From Clostridia bacterium (GTDB lineage: Bacteria > Bacillota > Clostridia > Christensenellales > UBA1242), in the NCBI GenBank assembly GCA_017936585.1, contig JAGBFI010000038.1, positions 46,503 to 110,502 of the forward strand: a stretch of DNA of 64,000 nucleotides, read 5' to 3'. This document shows, one piece after another, positions 1-13,000 of this stretch. The first letter of the stretch is position 1; the number at the start of each line of letters is the position of its first letter. Position numbers and translations under genes: made by a program. The notes under the pieces are model-generated. The model was not told the origin of the DNA, ran no database searches, and saw nothing but the letters and a program-made list of their open reading frames with translations.

Positions 1-857
1 ACATATCTTGCATAATAAGCACCTGAACGGTCAACTTTTGTGGCGTTTTTTGAACTGAAACAGCCACCTCCGACTCTGCCAACGCCACCATAAGTGTCAA
101 CAATAATTTTTCGCCCAACGCAGCCACTGTCGCCAAAACTTCCCCAAATTGTAAATTTCCCGCTTGGATTGATGAGAATTTTTGCCTTTTTTCCGCTTAA
201 ATGTTGATATTTTTGCAAAACGGGCTCAACAACATTTTCAAAAATTTGCTTTTGCACCTCTGAAAGAGACAACTTTTCTGAATGCGAAACGCTGACAATC
301 ACACAAGAGATTTCTTTTGGAACCTCGTTTTCATAAAGAACTGAAACTTGGCTTTTTGCATCTGCGAAAAAGCAGTCACCCCCTTTTCGAAACTGCTCAT
401 ATTGTCTCATCAAAGAGTGAGCAATCATGATTGGTATTGGCATCAGTTCTGGAGTTTCGTTTGTTGCATAGCCATACACAATCCCCTGATCGTTTGCACA
501 CAATTCTTCCTTGATCACAGCACTGTTGATTTCAGCACTTTGTTGACTGATTTCCTTGATGATTTTAAAGTCGTTTTGATAGCCTATTTCTTTCAAAATT
601 CCTCTTGCAATGTCTTCATAGTCAATTTTCGCTTTTGTCGTTGCTTCGCCATAGATGAAAAGTTTGTCATTTTTGATAGCACACTCCACCGCCATTTGAC
701 TGCGTGGATCGTCAGCCAGTGCAGCATCCAAAAACGCATCCGCAATCACATCGCAAGTCTTGTCAGGGTGCCCAATATTGACACTTTCGCTTGTCGAAAT
801 TTTTCTCACTTTTTCATCTTTGTCAAAATCATTCACCTGTTTGAAATTTTTGTTCAT
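1..857 (-). CDS. metK: S-adenosylmethionine synthetase, partial (C-terminus runs off the window edge)
   Basis: Manual reverse-complement translation from the ATG at 855-857 gives MNKNFKQVNDFDKDEKVRKISTSESVNIGHPDKTCDVIADAFLDAAL...GRKIIVDTYGGVGRVGGGCFSSKNATKVDRSGAYYARY. The GHPDK and DTYGG motifs are typical of MetK. It is missing from the ORF track because no stop lies inside the window. The + ORF at 348-899 is its antisense shadow. Confidence 0.9.
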   Translation of the reverse strand, partial: MNKNFKQVNDFDKDEKVRKISTSESVNIGHPDKTCDVIADAFLDAALADDPRSQMAVECAIKNDKLFIYGEATTKAKIDYEDIARGILKEIGYQNDFKIIKEISQQSAEINSAVIKEELCANDQGIVYGYATNETPELMPIPIMIAHSLMRQYEQFRKGGDCFFADAKSQVSVLYENEVPKEISCVIVSVSHSEKLSLSEVQKQIFENVVEPVLQKYQHLSGKKAKILINPSGKFTIWGSFGDSGCVGRKIIVDTYGGVGRVGGGCFSSKNATKVDRSGAYYARY

Positions 858-899
858 TTTTTTCTTCTCCAATTATATTTATTTCCACAAAAAGAGTAA

Positions 900-1035
900 C
901 AAAAAAACCATCGACTGATGGGTTTGATTTTTTTAATTTAAAATTTCCCATCATTCAGCCTTTAGCACCTTGCCTTCAAAGCAGGTTGCTGTGTGGTCCT
1001 TGGGGCTGTCCCTCGCACACTCTTTATGGATGAAA
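900..1035 (-). promoter_or_regulatory. SAM-I (S-box) riboswitch leader with terminator/antiterminator, upstream of metK
   Basis: The minus-strand read is ...CCATAAAGAGTGTGCGAGGGACAGCCCCAAGGACCACACAGCAACCTGCTTTGAAGGCAAGGTGCTAAAGGCTGAATGATGGGAAA.... It carries the conserved S-box elements GAGGGA, GCAACC and GGTGCTAA. The 3' P1 strand TGATGGG can instead pair with CCCATCA of the downstream hairpin CCATC-AGTC-GATGG followed by a T-run (908-921). It sits directly 5' of metK. Confidence 0.8.
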
Positions 1036-1182
1036 TAAATATATCACATTTCTTCAAAGTTGTCCACTGTTTTTCAATAAAATCAAAAATTGAAAAACGC
1101 ATAGTTTTGATAGGATAAAATCAATTTATATTTTTATTTTTGGAAAATTCTCCGAAAAAGTGCAAAAAATTGCGATTTAAAT

Positions 1183-1216
1183 CAAAAAAAACGGCATTCC
1201 GTTGCCGTTTTTCTTT
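1183..1216 (-). terminator. Rho-independent terminator downstream of typA (bidirectional in shape)
   Basis: A 7-bp stem AACGGCA / TGCCGTT at 1190-1209 is flanked by an A-run on one side and a T-run on the other. It lies immediately after the typA stop at 1222. Confidence 0.7.
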
Positions 1217-1221
1217 TTTTA

Positions 1222-3054
1222 TTAAATTTCTCCGCGAAGCATTTTGCCACGTTCACGAAGCCTCATGTTGTGGTCAAGAATGACTTTTCTGATTCTGATT
1301 GACTCTGGTGTAACTTCCAAATATTCGTCATCGCCCAAGAACTCGATACAATCTTCCAAACTCATAACTCTTGGAGAAGTCAAGCGAAGAGCATCGTCAG
1401 AGCCTGACGCACGGCAGTTTGAAAGGTGTTTTGTTTTGCAAACATTGACAACAATATCTCCACCCTTAGGGTTTGAACCAACAACCATGCCAGCATAAAC
1501 TGGAACGCCAGCACCAATGAAAAGTTCTCCACGCTCTTGAGCATTGAAAAGTCCGTAAACGATTGCTTTTCCTTCTTCGTGAGCAATCAAAGACCCGAAT
1601 TCTCTGCGGTTGATTTCACCCTTGTATGGTTCATAGTCATGGAAAATTGAGTTGACAATTCCTTCACCTCTTGTGTCTGTCAAAAATTCTGACTTAAATC
1701 CAAAAAGCCCTCGAGATGGAATGAGGAATTCCATCTTCATGCGGTTGCCATGTGGAGTCATATCTTGAAGTTCGCCTTTACGAACTCCCATTTTGTTCAT
1801 AACCACACCGACACAGTCTTCTGGAACGTCCAAATAAAGTCTGTCTATTGGTTCACACTTCACGCCATCAATTTCTTTGATCAAAACCTTTGGCTGACTC
1901 ACTTGAAATTCATAGCCATCTCTACGCATGTTTTCAATCAAAATTGACAAGTGCATTTCTCCACGGCCGCGAACTTTGAATTTCTCTGCTGTGTCGCCAT
2001 CTTCAACTTTCAAAGACAAATCTTTAACAGATTCCTTATAAAGTCTGTCGCGAAGGTGTCTTGATGTCACAAACTTGCCTTCTTTTCCTGCAAATGGACT
2101 GTCGTTGACCATGAATGTCATCTCAACGCTTGGCTCTGCGATTTGCACAAATTCGATTGGCTCGATTGCTATTTCATCGCAAATCGTGTCGCCGATTGTC
2201 ACATTTTCAAGCCCAGCAACACAAACAATATCTCCCAGTTCCGCGCTCTCAACAGGAACTCTCTTCAAGCCTTCATAAACAAACAAACTCACAATTTTTG
2301 ACTTGACTTTTTTGTCAGAGTCGTGATAGTTGCAAACAACAACATTTTGTCCCACTTTGATTGAACCTCTTTCAACCTTTCCGACTGCAAGTTTTCCAAC
2401 ATACTCGTTGTGCTCTGCGGCTGAAACAAGCAACTTAAGCGGCTGCTCTGCATCACCTTGAGGTGCTGGAATGTGGCTGATGACTGTTTCGAAAAGAGGT
2501 TTGAAGTCTGAACCCATTTGATTTGCATCCGTTGAAGAAATTCCTTGTCTTGCAGAAGCGAACACAAATGGAGAGTTGAGTTGTTCTTCATCAGCGTCAA
2601 GCTCAAGGAACAGCTCCAAAACTTCATCCACAACTTCTTTCACACGGGCATCTGGTCTGTCAATTTTGTTGACAACAACCACAACTTTAAGCCCCAAAGA
2701 AAGAGCTTTTTCAAGCACAAAACGTGTTTGCGGCATTGGCCCTTCAAAGGCATCAACAACAAGCAAAACACCGTCAACCATCTTGAGAACTCTTTCAACT
2801 TCGCCGCCGAAGTCCGCGTGCCCAGGAGTGTCAACAACGTTGATTTTGATTCCGTTATAAACGCAAGAGGCATTCTTTGACAAAATTGTAATTCCTCTTT
2901 CTCTTTCAAGTGCGTTGCTGTCCATAACTCTGTCTTCAACCACTTGATTGTCTCTGAAAACATTTCCTTGTTTCAACATTTCGTTGACCAACGATGTCTT
3001 GCCATGGTCAACGTGCGCAATGATTGCGACATTTCTGATTTGTTTATTTTCCAT
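1222..3054 (-). CDS. typA: Translational GTPase TypA/BipA
   Basis: The translation reads [29 protein letters not shown]...[14 protein letters not shown]...NKIDR. It has the G1-G4 motifs of an EF-G-like GTPase and the TypA length (about 610 aa). The start was chosen at the ATG at 3052-3054, which has an AAAGGA RBS, rather than the upstream ORF-track start. Confidence 0.92.
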   Translation of the reverse strand: MENKQIRNVAIIAHVDHGKTSLVNEMLKQGNVFRDNQVVEDRVMDSNALERERGITILSKNASCVYNGIKINVVDTPGHADFGGEVERVLKMVDGVLLVVDAFEGPMPQTRFVLEKALSLGLKVVVVVNKIDRPDARVKEVVDEVLELFLELDADEEQLNSPFVFASARQGISSTDANQMGSDFKPLFETVISHIPAPQGDAEQPLKLLVSAAEHNEYVGKLAVGKVERGSIKVGQNVVVCNYHDSDKKVKSKIVSLFVYEGLKRVPVESAELGDIVCVAGLENVTIGDTICDEIAIEPIEFVQIAEPSVEMTFMVNDSPFAGKEGKFVTSRHLRDRLYKESVKDLSLKVEDGDTAEKFKVRGRGEMHLSILIENMRRDGYEFQVSQPKVLIKEIDGVKCEPIDRLYLDVPEDCVGVVMNKMGVRKGELQDMTPHGNRMKMEFLIPSRGLFGFKSEFLTDTRGEGIVNSIFHDYEPYKGEINRREFGSLIAHEEGKAIVYGLFNAQERGELFIGAGVPVYAGMVVGSNPKGGDIVVNVCKTKHLSNCRASGSDDALRLTSPRVMSLEDCIEFLGDDEYLEVTPESIRIRKVILDHNMRLRERGKMLRGEI

Positions 3055-3209
3055 AACTTTAATCCTTTTTAACCGACATATTATAACACTTTTTTTTACA
3101 AAACACAAGAGCGATAAGGCAGTTTTTTAAAGAAAATGGAAAGGTATGCGAAAATGTTTGATTTTTGTTCGCTAAAAATCATTATTTTTTTGTTTTTAAA
3201 ATTTTATTG

Positions 3210-4040
3210 TCAGTTTTTCTTTCTTTTGCAAAAATAACCTCCCACCATTCCAGCGCCCACAAACACAAGCGCAGAAATGTACCAAAGCGGAGTGTTTGGA
3301 GTTGTCACCCAAAAAGAAATTCTCTCGCCATCTTCAATTTCGTTCAAACTTTTTTCAAAAAAACTATGCACAAAATCACCAGCAACATATTGCTTTTCCG
3401 CCTGCAAACTTTCATCCGTGGTGGCAAAATCATAAACAAATAACGAGTTGTCAAGCGCTTGCAGCATCCCCTTTTCCACCGAGGCATCAATCGACCCGTC
3501 TTGACACCAAGCTTGAATTGCAAGTTGACAAATTGATTTCATGTTCTCAGCCGACTTTGCCGAGAATGGAAAATCCATCTCCACTTCAACCTTTTTCACA
3601 AAAAATCCCGAAACCTTGCTTGAAGAAGTCGGTCCACTTTCATCTTCACTGTCAACCCCAAAAAATCTCTTTTGTTCATCAAGGCTTTCAAACTCAATCG
3701 TAAAACCCAAGCCATCCACATCTTCAAAATAAACACAGCCGGAGACCTTGACTCCATCCACAATCTTTTCTTTATATTGTTTTGCCAGTGCATTTACATA
3801 ATTCGCCAAATAAAACCGATACGTTTTGACATCCTTTTCGCTCAGTCCGCTCTCAAGAATCACGTGCGAATTTACAGGAAAAGCATATGACATTGAAATT
3901 TCTCCGCTGTCACTGACAGTTCGGCAGAGTCTGAAAGCGTTTGTTTCAACATTTTCTCCATCTGCCTGCTCCGCGCCACAACCAAAACAAAAAATCGCGA
4001 CAAAAACCAATAAAAAAAGAGTATAAATATGTTTTTTCAT
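3210..4040 (-). CDS. Hypothetical lipoprotein with a C-terminal TM anchor
   Basis: The N-terminus MKKHIYTLFLLVFVAIFCFGCGAEQ has a signal peptide and lipobox Cys. The C-terminus carries the hydrophobic segment WYISALVFVGAGMVGGYF followed by KRKKN. I recognise no family. Confidence 0.6.
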   Translation of the reverse strand: MKKHIYTLFLLVFVAIFCFGCGAEQADGENVETNAFRLCRTVSDSGEISMSYAFPVNSHVILESGLSEKDVKTYRFYLANYVNALAKQYKEKIVDGVKVSGCVYFEDVDGLGFTIEFESLDEQKRFFGVDSEDESGPTSSSKVSGFFVKKVEVEMDFPFSAKSAENMKSICQLAIQAWCQDGSIDASVEKGMLQALDNSLFVYDFATTDESLQAEKQYVAGDFVHSFFEKSLNEIEDGERISFWVTTPNTPLWYISALVFVGAGMVGGYFCKRKKN

Positions 4041-4073
4041 AGACTATTTATACTCTTTTTGCTATTCGTTTAT

Positions 4074-7000
4074 TCACAAAATGACTGCAATCAAATCGCT
4101 CTTTGTGATGTTTGACACGTTAAGCCCAACCGTTGCAATCACCCCTGTGCTTGAAAGGTCGCTGAACGAGCCAGAGACGCGGTCTGCAACGCCGGCGATG
4201 TAAGCCACAATGCTGTTTCCGCTCACGCTTGATGTTGCAGAGATGTTCATGTTGTTTGTGCAATTTCTCAAAATTGAAGAAGATGTGCTTGTGACAACAA
4301 TTCCACCGATTTGGATTGCACTGCTGCCTTCTTGACAGTTGACACTGATTGTCTGTCCACCGCCCTCCGTACTGGCAACACAATTTTCAATTGTTGCATA
4401 GTTTGTGTAGCAAATTCCGCCCACAAACACAAGTTGAGAAGAGCCAGAATCATCCAAACTCATTGATGTAGAAAGTTGACACCCTGTGACAATTGCATTG
4501 TTACCCTGATTGATTGCCACAACCCCGCTGTAAGCCATAATTGTTCTTTCAGTTGTTGATATATTTCCAACAAAGTTGTTTCTGAATCCGGTCAAATTGA
4601 CATTTTCAATTCTTCCGCCATTTGTTATGACAAGCCCAGCCACCAAAGAGTGATTTTTGATGTCAACAAGAGAATTTCCATAAGTTGCGTCGATGTCGAT
4701 GTTTTTGATTATTGCGCTTGAGTTCAAATTTTCAAAAATTGCACTTCCGCGTTTGAAATTCAGTGGCACCGCAGGGGTTGATGTGTTAACATTTGAATCC
4801 TCCGCTCTGATTGTCACGCTGCTTGAAAGCGCAGTCACACCAGTTGATGTGTATGCTATGACAGTGTTTGTTGTATTGTCTTGCAAACCATCAATCACAC
4901 CAGTAAATTCACCTTTGAACAAAATTCCGTCAATTTCGCCCAAATCCAAATCTTTTGTTATGATGAAGTAATATTTACTTTCTTCCATATTTGTGTTTGT
5001 AACAACTGTGCTTCCAATTGTTGTTTGTTCAACAAATTCCACAAGCATATCATCCTTAGTCTGTCTGTAAGCAATATTTCTGAATTGATCGGCATTTTCA
5101 ATCACATAAGGATTCATACTTGTGCCATCACCGCTTGCAAACAAATTGAATGCCACGCTTCCGTCAAAAACCAATTCCTTTGATTGAATGCTTGCGTTGT
5201 TGAGTTTCACCCTCACAACCAAACTGATGCTGTTGCATACGATTGTTGGACGGAAAACTCTATCCTGAGTGGTGTATGTGCGAACAGAGATTGTTTCCAC
5301 ATTTCCACCGACATTGTTTGCATAAGTTGCTTCCACATAGAATGTTGGAGTCACAATTGCAGAAGATTGAACTTTGAAATATCTTCCTTCACTTTCCACG
5401 ATTGAATACTCGCCGACTTCTTCCACAACCTTGAACAAAGAACTTCCGTCCATGGTTTCCACAACAGTGTTTCCATCCTCATCCAAAACATCAACAATCT
5501 TGTGCTCATAGGCGCTTCTTGAGATGTAATACATCACCTCTTTATATTTGATTCGAACGCTGATTGTTCCTTCAAGCGTGTCAATCATTTCAAATTCTTC
5601 GCCCTCTTCAAGCAGAAGTTGTGTACTTTCCGTCAATCCACTGTCATTGAACAACGAAACTGTTTCGGTTGCAAGATATGCATAACGCTTTTCTTCCGCT
5701 TCAACCTTTGTGCTGAATGAATAATAGTCATAGTTCCAAGAGAACTCTTGCTTTTCTTCGTCCCAAGAGATTGATTGTTCTGCTTCCCATGGAGAACGCT
5801 TCAAAACAAAGTCATCACTGAGGTCACTGAATATTGTCCCAGCCTTTGTTGCCATGAATCTGAGAGCAAGTGCGTCATCTTCGCCAACAATAAGACACGC
5901 TGCATAATAGCCGGCTGGATATGAATTCACAATGTCTGCCTCGCTTGCCACGATAAACAACTTAAAAGTGTCTTTTGTCAAAGTTATTTGATTTTCACCA
6001 TAAGAAAGCACAAGGCTATTTTCTGGATAGTTTGCAAAATATTTTTCCAAACTTAAGGTTTCAGTTTGAGAGTCAGAAATAATTTCAAAATGTTCGCTTG
6101 CCACTGTTGCAAGTTTTGTGATTTCTGTCGCACATCCAAACGATTTGATGACTTTGTTTGGATTGTCTTGCCCTTGAGTCACAAACACCACAATATTGTA
6201 TGTTCCAACCGACATTTCTCCCAAATTCTCTGAGAAAATGATTCCGAATGTGTTTGAATCTTCCGCAGTGTCATCTTTGAGGGTCACCTCAAATTGACCG
6301 GCAATTTCCTCGCCATCCTCAGTTTCAACAATGAACGCATATGCATTATTAAACATTTCAACAGTAGCAATGTCTTTTGATGTCACATAATCCCATGTCA
6401 GCTTTCCTTCCACAACACCAATCATGTCAGCTTCAACAGCCTTAAGCCTGTCAATTCCTTTCAAGATTGAGCCGTTGCCCATGAGGATATATCTTTCAGA
6501 GTCCACAAACTGCACGTTACCATACAGCCATCCACCTTCAACAAGTTGGTCAGCTCCAACAATTTCTTCCTCGGAAACGTTAAGAGTCAAAGCTTGAACA
6601 GTTGCCTTGATGAATGAACCTTCAACATATCCGACCTCACCTTCTTTCAAGACTGCAAAGTCGAAATAGTTTTCTGCAGTGTATTTGATGCATTGATTGA
6701 AAGTTGTTTCAGATGTTTTTCCGTCTTCAAGGTTGCTTGTGTACTGCTCGATTGTGATTTTGTAAACCACCTTTGTGCCTTCAGTTTCTGGTACAGCAAG
6801 AGGATTGTCTCCGCCTCTGCCAGCAACTTCGTCCCACTTGAGAATTCCGTTTTCAATTCTGACATTCTTCACAGAGTCAAGCATGCTTGCAGCAAAAGTT
6901 GTAACTTCACTTCGAACTGCCAAATTTTTTCCGCTGTCATGAGTGATTTTTGTCAGATAATATTCGCTTGGATCTTGCAGGAATGAAAGTTCTGCCGTTG

Positions 7001-10000
7001 AACCCATTGAAAGCGCATAGAACACACTTGCAAACTCTTCTGTGAGTTTATATTCATAAAGGACTGGGTCAAAGCCAGCTTTTGTTTCATCCATGCCTGT
7101 CACGCCAACTTCATAATAGAGAGGCAATGTCTTGTCACTTCTCGTGTCGAAGATGTCCACTGACAACCCCTTTGAAATTGAATTTTCATTGTATATGTTG
7201 TAAGCAAACAAGTTTTCGCTTGAATAGCAATATGACAAATAGGTTGCATTGTTTCCGGATGTAATTCCAATAAAACCATTGTCATTGTTCATTCCTGGAG
7301 CTTCAAGTTTAAAGATTCTGTCAATTTGGTCAATTCCTGAGTCGATGTAAACAACATTGTCTCTGACTTCACCTTTGATAATAAATTTGACTGTATAAAT
7401 GCCTGCACCCTTGCCCTCAAGGCTGAAAATTGAGGTTGTTTTTGATGCATCAATCTTCACTTCTGTTTCTGCACCTCCATCCGTTCTTTGAACGTAAACA
7501 GAGGTCATTCTGTTGTGGTCAGTATCCCATGAGAACACACCCTTGTCAATCTTCATGTTTGCAATCTTAAGGAATGTCACGCTGAATTGTTTTGACTTGC
7601 TGGACATTGAGAAATTGTTTCCAACTGCAAAGATTTCCATCTTCATTGTCAGATTTTCGTCCTTTGCAAGATAGATGTCATCCCCATAAACACCAAGCAA
7701 GCTGTCTCCGCCGTTGTAGTTGATGTAGAAATACACATAAGTTGTGCCAGAAACATCTTCTTCATAGACTGTGACAGACGTTGCGGTTTCAACGTTCATT
7801 CTTGTCAATGTCATGCTGCTTGTGTTGAGTGCAAATGTGAAACCTCCAAGCGTCATGATGTAGTTGTTTGTTTCTTGCAAAACTGCACCGTTTGTTGCAT
7901 CATAAGCATAAACCTCACTCTTCTTCATACGGACTTTATATGATGTAATCATGTCATTGTCTGGATCAGGCTCTCTGATGACGGCCACTTGTGGCTCGCT
8001 GTTGACATAAATGAGGTTTTCGCCATTGTTGTTTGAATAGTCATACCAGCCGGATGTCAAAGATTTGTTGTTTCCAAGCAAGCAATATTGAAGTGCGTAT
8101 TCACCTGTTTGCAAAGTTTCAAAATATTTGTCGAACAAAAGTCTTGAGTTTGCAACACCATAACTTCCGTTTTCAATTGCTTGTTGCAAGCCAGAGATGA
8201 CTCTTCTTACATCCGTCGATTGTGCGTTTGTGTAAACGTTTCGCAATCTTTCTTCCAAATTATAAAGTCCATTGTCAATTCCAAATTTATAGAGGTTTGG
8301 CAAGAGGTCAATTGCATTGACGTCAAACGACTTGCTCAAGCCTTGCGCCCCTGTTGCTGTTGACGTGAACTTAAAGCGAACTTTTACATTGCCGTCAACC
8401 AAATCTTGAAGTGAGAAGGTGAATGGGCTGACAAACACCTCTGACGCAAGAAGGTCGGCGATTTCTGAATATCCGCTTTCTGATGTGAGAGTTGAAACGA
8501 AATCCCCGCTCTTTGTCCAATTGATGTAAGCTGCACCGCTTTCAATCTTGAGTGGTGAACTGATTTGATTTTTGTAAATTTGCATTGCACCGTCTTCATT
8601 GCTGATGTAAACAATCTTTGAAGACAGGATGTATGGATTTGAATTTATGCTTCGAACACCCAAATAATATTTGTGTCCGGTGCTGATGTAGTTTGTTGGG
8701 TCATAAGTTGTTCTTTCCGTTTCGTGATAGAAATAACTTCCCATCACAACTTCGTTTTCAAGAGTCGAAACGAAAAAGACTAAGAATTTCTCTGCATGCT
8801 CGTTGTCGTTCGTCCATCGCATGCTGCCGTTGACAAGTGCAATGTCATCAACTGGGTTCAGTCTGATGAATGTTTGTGGAGCCTCTTCCCATGGAGAAAG
8901 AGCATACACGCCACCAACAACCGCCACCTTTGAGAATTCAACCTTAAACTCTCCATACAGCGAAAGAAGGTCGTCTTGTTCAAAAAGTGAGGTCAGATTG
9001 ATTGCAAATGTCGAACTGCCAAAATAGTCATTTTTCAAAAGTGTCGTCTTGCTGATGTATTTTGTTTGAGCATAGCCGCTTTCCCCCTCAAAACCAGAAA
9101 GTTGGGTTATGCGTGCATACATTCCAATTGTTTCTGTGTCGCCACCATCCGAATTGACAAATGTTGCAAAAGTGTTGATGAAATCTTTTTCGATGTTCGC
9201 GTTGCCTGTGTTTGTGCCAACTTTGACAACATCAACAAATTCTGTGGTTATTGTATAATTGAATGTAAATTCATATTCTTTTGAAATCACATGGAACACG
9301 CTGTCCTCGCTTGCCTTGTGTTGCCAGAAATAGATTTTGCTGTCAGTTATTTCAATTCCGCTTTCTTTCAAAAGAGCAATCAGTGTTGAAAGACTGAAAG
9401 TGTAAGCTTCCTCATATGCCTCTGGCACAAATTCCACAGCTTCGCCAGTGAGAATGCCATCTGCTTTTGATGATGCAAACATCTTGTCAAAAGTTTCAAC
9501 AATCTCAAATGCGATGTCCGATGAAATCTGTTCATTACGAACAACATTTGCGATATCCTCAACCTTATATAAAGTGATAACTTTTCCAACTGTTGTGTAA
9601 GGAGCTGAATCAAGCACAAAATTGCTGTTGTTTGAAGATGTTTCGCCATCAAAGTCTGTTGAGCCCTTCACAATCAATTCCAAATTGAACGCCGATGTGC
9701 CCGCTTCCAAACTTGATGTGTCGATTTTTGTTTTTTCCGATGTTGCCATAACAACATTCCATGTTTTCAAAATTGTCCCGTCCGCCGCAATGAAACGATA
9801 TAAATATTCATTTCCTGCAACACTGTCAAATGTCAGAACTCCAAACTCGTCCACCTGAATGTTTGATGTTTGCATAGAGTTTCCCTTGATTGTTGCATTG
9901 AAACGATATTCTTTCGAATCGTTTGCTGTGCTATTTCCTTGAGTGACAACTCCAAAAACAACATCCATGTCATTTTGAAGAGTCACAAGTGAAATCTTTC

Positions 10001-13000
10001 CAGTTTCGGTCAGAGATTTATAGTTGTTTCCAAAAATTTGTTCCAACGTGTAAGAATTTCCAGAAGCCTCGAATGTGTATACAAGTTCGTCATCCTTATA
10101 CATATTAAGAAGATATCCAGTTGCATCCGTCACCGCATCCCAAGAAAGTCTCACTTCATTTGTGTCGGAAGTTCTTGAAACTCGCACTGCTGTGATGCTT
10201 GCAATTCTTGAAAGCTTGACGTCAAGCGTTGTGCTTGCCGATGAAATTGCACCTTCTTCGCTTGCAAAGATTATCACTGAATAAGTGCCGTTTGCCCAAT
10301 CATCTGGAAATCTGAAAGTAAAGTCGTTTTCTTTTGAAAGGATGAACATTTCATCGTTGTCGTTGCAAATCACTGTGTAGATTGTGTTGTCAGAATTGAG
10401 AGAATTGTCAACAACAAATCCGCCAGACTGCATTGTCACATTGTCAACCTTTTTAAGAACAGAAAGTTGACTGCTTTGAACATATTGTGGACAAACCAAA
10501 TAATATGTGTTTGCTTCCACGTTTGAATAACTGTTCACGAAAGCTGAAAGTTTGATTGTTCCACCAGCTGCCAAGTTTTGATCCACAAAAGATGTCAAAT
10601 CAAAAGTCAAAATTCCGGCTGTTGCATCTCCCGCATTTGGAGCAAGAACATATTTTGTTGCTGCTTCGCCGCCAGCAGGCGTGAAATCTACTTTCAAAAC
10701 AACTCCCCCCAAAACTTGAGCTACATTTTCTTCATCAAACTTCATTTCAACTGCGTGAGTGACAAAGCCATCCGCATTCGTCACAAACTCAACTGATGTC
10801 AGGTTGTTTGCTCTGACAATTTCAACACTGCCCGCTGTTGATGGAATTGCTGAGGCATTGTCTCCTTCGTTGACAACTCTGATTGAAAGCTTCAAAGTTT
10901 CGCCGGCACCAACAAAATTGTCATACATATCACTTGTGATGATGAAACTGTAAGAATCATCCTCTTGTGTCACTGAAAGACCTTCAATCCAAAGGTCATT
11001 TTTGTAAACCTTAAACACTCCCGCACCATAGTTTCCTGTGAAAGTCACTTTGATGTCAGGAAGTTTTGCTTCCACAAGATAGTCCTCTGACGACTCATCA
11101 GTTTCATAAACAAATTCAACATCGGCGATTGCTGGAGTTTCAAGTTTTTTGATTGTTTGCCCCTCGTTGTAAGGGGAATAGTTGAATCCCGCTTCGTTTT
11201 CCGCATGATAATAAACCGTTCCGTTTGCCACCACGCTGTAAGAAGGCTTGATGTGTGCATAAAGTTTGATTGAAATGTCGCCCGCTGCAAGATTTGAAAG
11301 ATTTTCAAGAAGGACCGCATCGGTTTGAATGTTCACTGAATAATATGTCTCGCCATCCTTCACCTCACTTGCAGGGTTTGTGGCAACATATGTATACACA
11401 CTCCCCGCCTTATCCTCAAACACAATCACATATTCAAGAACTGACAAAGTGGAAGAAAATTCATTCCAAGAAATGGTGTTTCCGTCAAAGTCAACAACAC
11501 AATTTTCTGGCTTGACTGTTTCCATATCCGCAACAGTCCAAGTTGAAACATTGCTGTTGAGGAAATATTTGATTGCTGTGAGGTTTTCGTCAGTGCCTTT
11601 GATTTCCTCCGTCCTTCCAATCAGTTGAAGAGTATACGTTCCATCCTCTGAAATTTCCACACTTCCCGTTGTGTTTTGAACTGGCTCTGCATTGCCAAAA
11701 GTCACTGCAACATAATCATATTTGCTTTCAGCCGTTGTGAATGTGAGCGAGTTGTTTGTGAGAGTCACCTTGTCAATGGCGCAAAGCTTGTAGATTTCCA
11801 CACTATTTGACAAATTGGATTCCAAATAGTTTGCATTTGTTACACTGATTTGGAATGTGAAAGTTTTGTTTTCGTCAAAATTGATTTCTGACAGGTCATA
11901 TGCAAGAGCAGAAGTTTGAACGGCCGTGTCAAATGCGTTTGAGGTGATTGTGTAGTTTGTCGCCGCCGTCACTGAAGCATCCACGCTGACTGCATCCCAA
12001 GTCAACATGTTTGTTTCAGCATCATAACGAAGGGGTGTTGTCTTCATTTTTTCAATTTCAAGACTTGTTGCTGAAACATCCTTTTGTGTGGTTGCATAAA
12101 GAGAAGAAATTTGCATTACTCCGTCTTTAAATCTGTTTTGATATGCATAAGCCGAGAACAACAATTTTGTTGATTGGCTATAGTATTGAGAAATTATTGG
12201 ATTTGCTTTCACAAGTGCAATGATTACATCCAAATTAACCGTCACTTCGCCGCTTGATGTTGAAACAAAATTTGATTGTTCGCCAAGAGGAAGGCTGAGC
12301 CCTTGATAAGTTACTGTCACCTGATTTGCAAGTCGAATGCTGAGGTTTTGCGTTTGCCCATTTGGAAGAACACAAGCAACATCCAAAACAAAATATTCCG
12401 CATCTCCAACTTGATTGTCTGTGAATTTAATTTTACCGTTTTCATATCTAAGGTCGCTTGGCTGCGTCAGACGATTGAAAGTGAAAGTTGAATCTCTGCT
12501 GTCAAGATAAACCATTCCGTTTGAAATTTCATAAGTTTTTGTGGCTGAGTCAAACACACTACCATTCTGCTCAAAATCAAGTATGAAGACGTTTTGTTGC
12601 GGAATGTCATAAACAGCCGGTTGCCCATTCACTCCAACTTTTTGACTGATGCCGTCACGAATAACAACTCTTGTCACTCCGGTCTTTGCGTTGACAGTCA
12701 ATGTTTTAGCATCCTCAGCCAGTAACAAATCATCCGATGAAACAGCCGCAATTCTTTGAACACCAAGGCTGTAAGTTTCGGTTGGAAGCCACAAGATTTC
12801 ATCGCTTGAGCGCCCAACGATTTTGATGTTTGCCACTGTTGAAAAATCGTCTGTCAACAGATAGATACTTTCATCTTCGGCGTATTTTTCAAAGTTGTTG
12901 TTTGTGCTGATTTCAATGTCATAACTGTCAATTTCGTCAACATTCCCAATCTTCAAGAAATATCCGGAAGCATTTGTAAATTCGCTCTTGAACGCCTCGT

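Noticed and set aside
348-899. 183-aa + strand ORF at the start of the window
   Set aside because: It lies entirely antisense to a clear metK reading frame. It has no RBS, and its Cys/Phe/His-rich composition is odd and typical of a shadow ORF.
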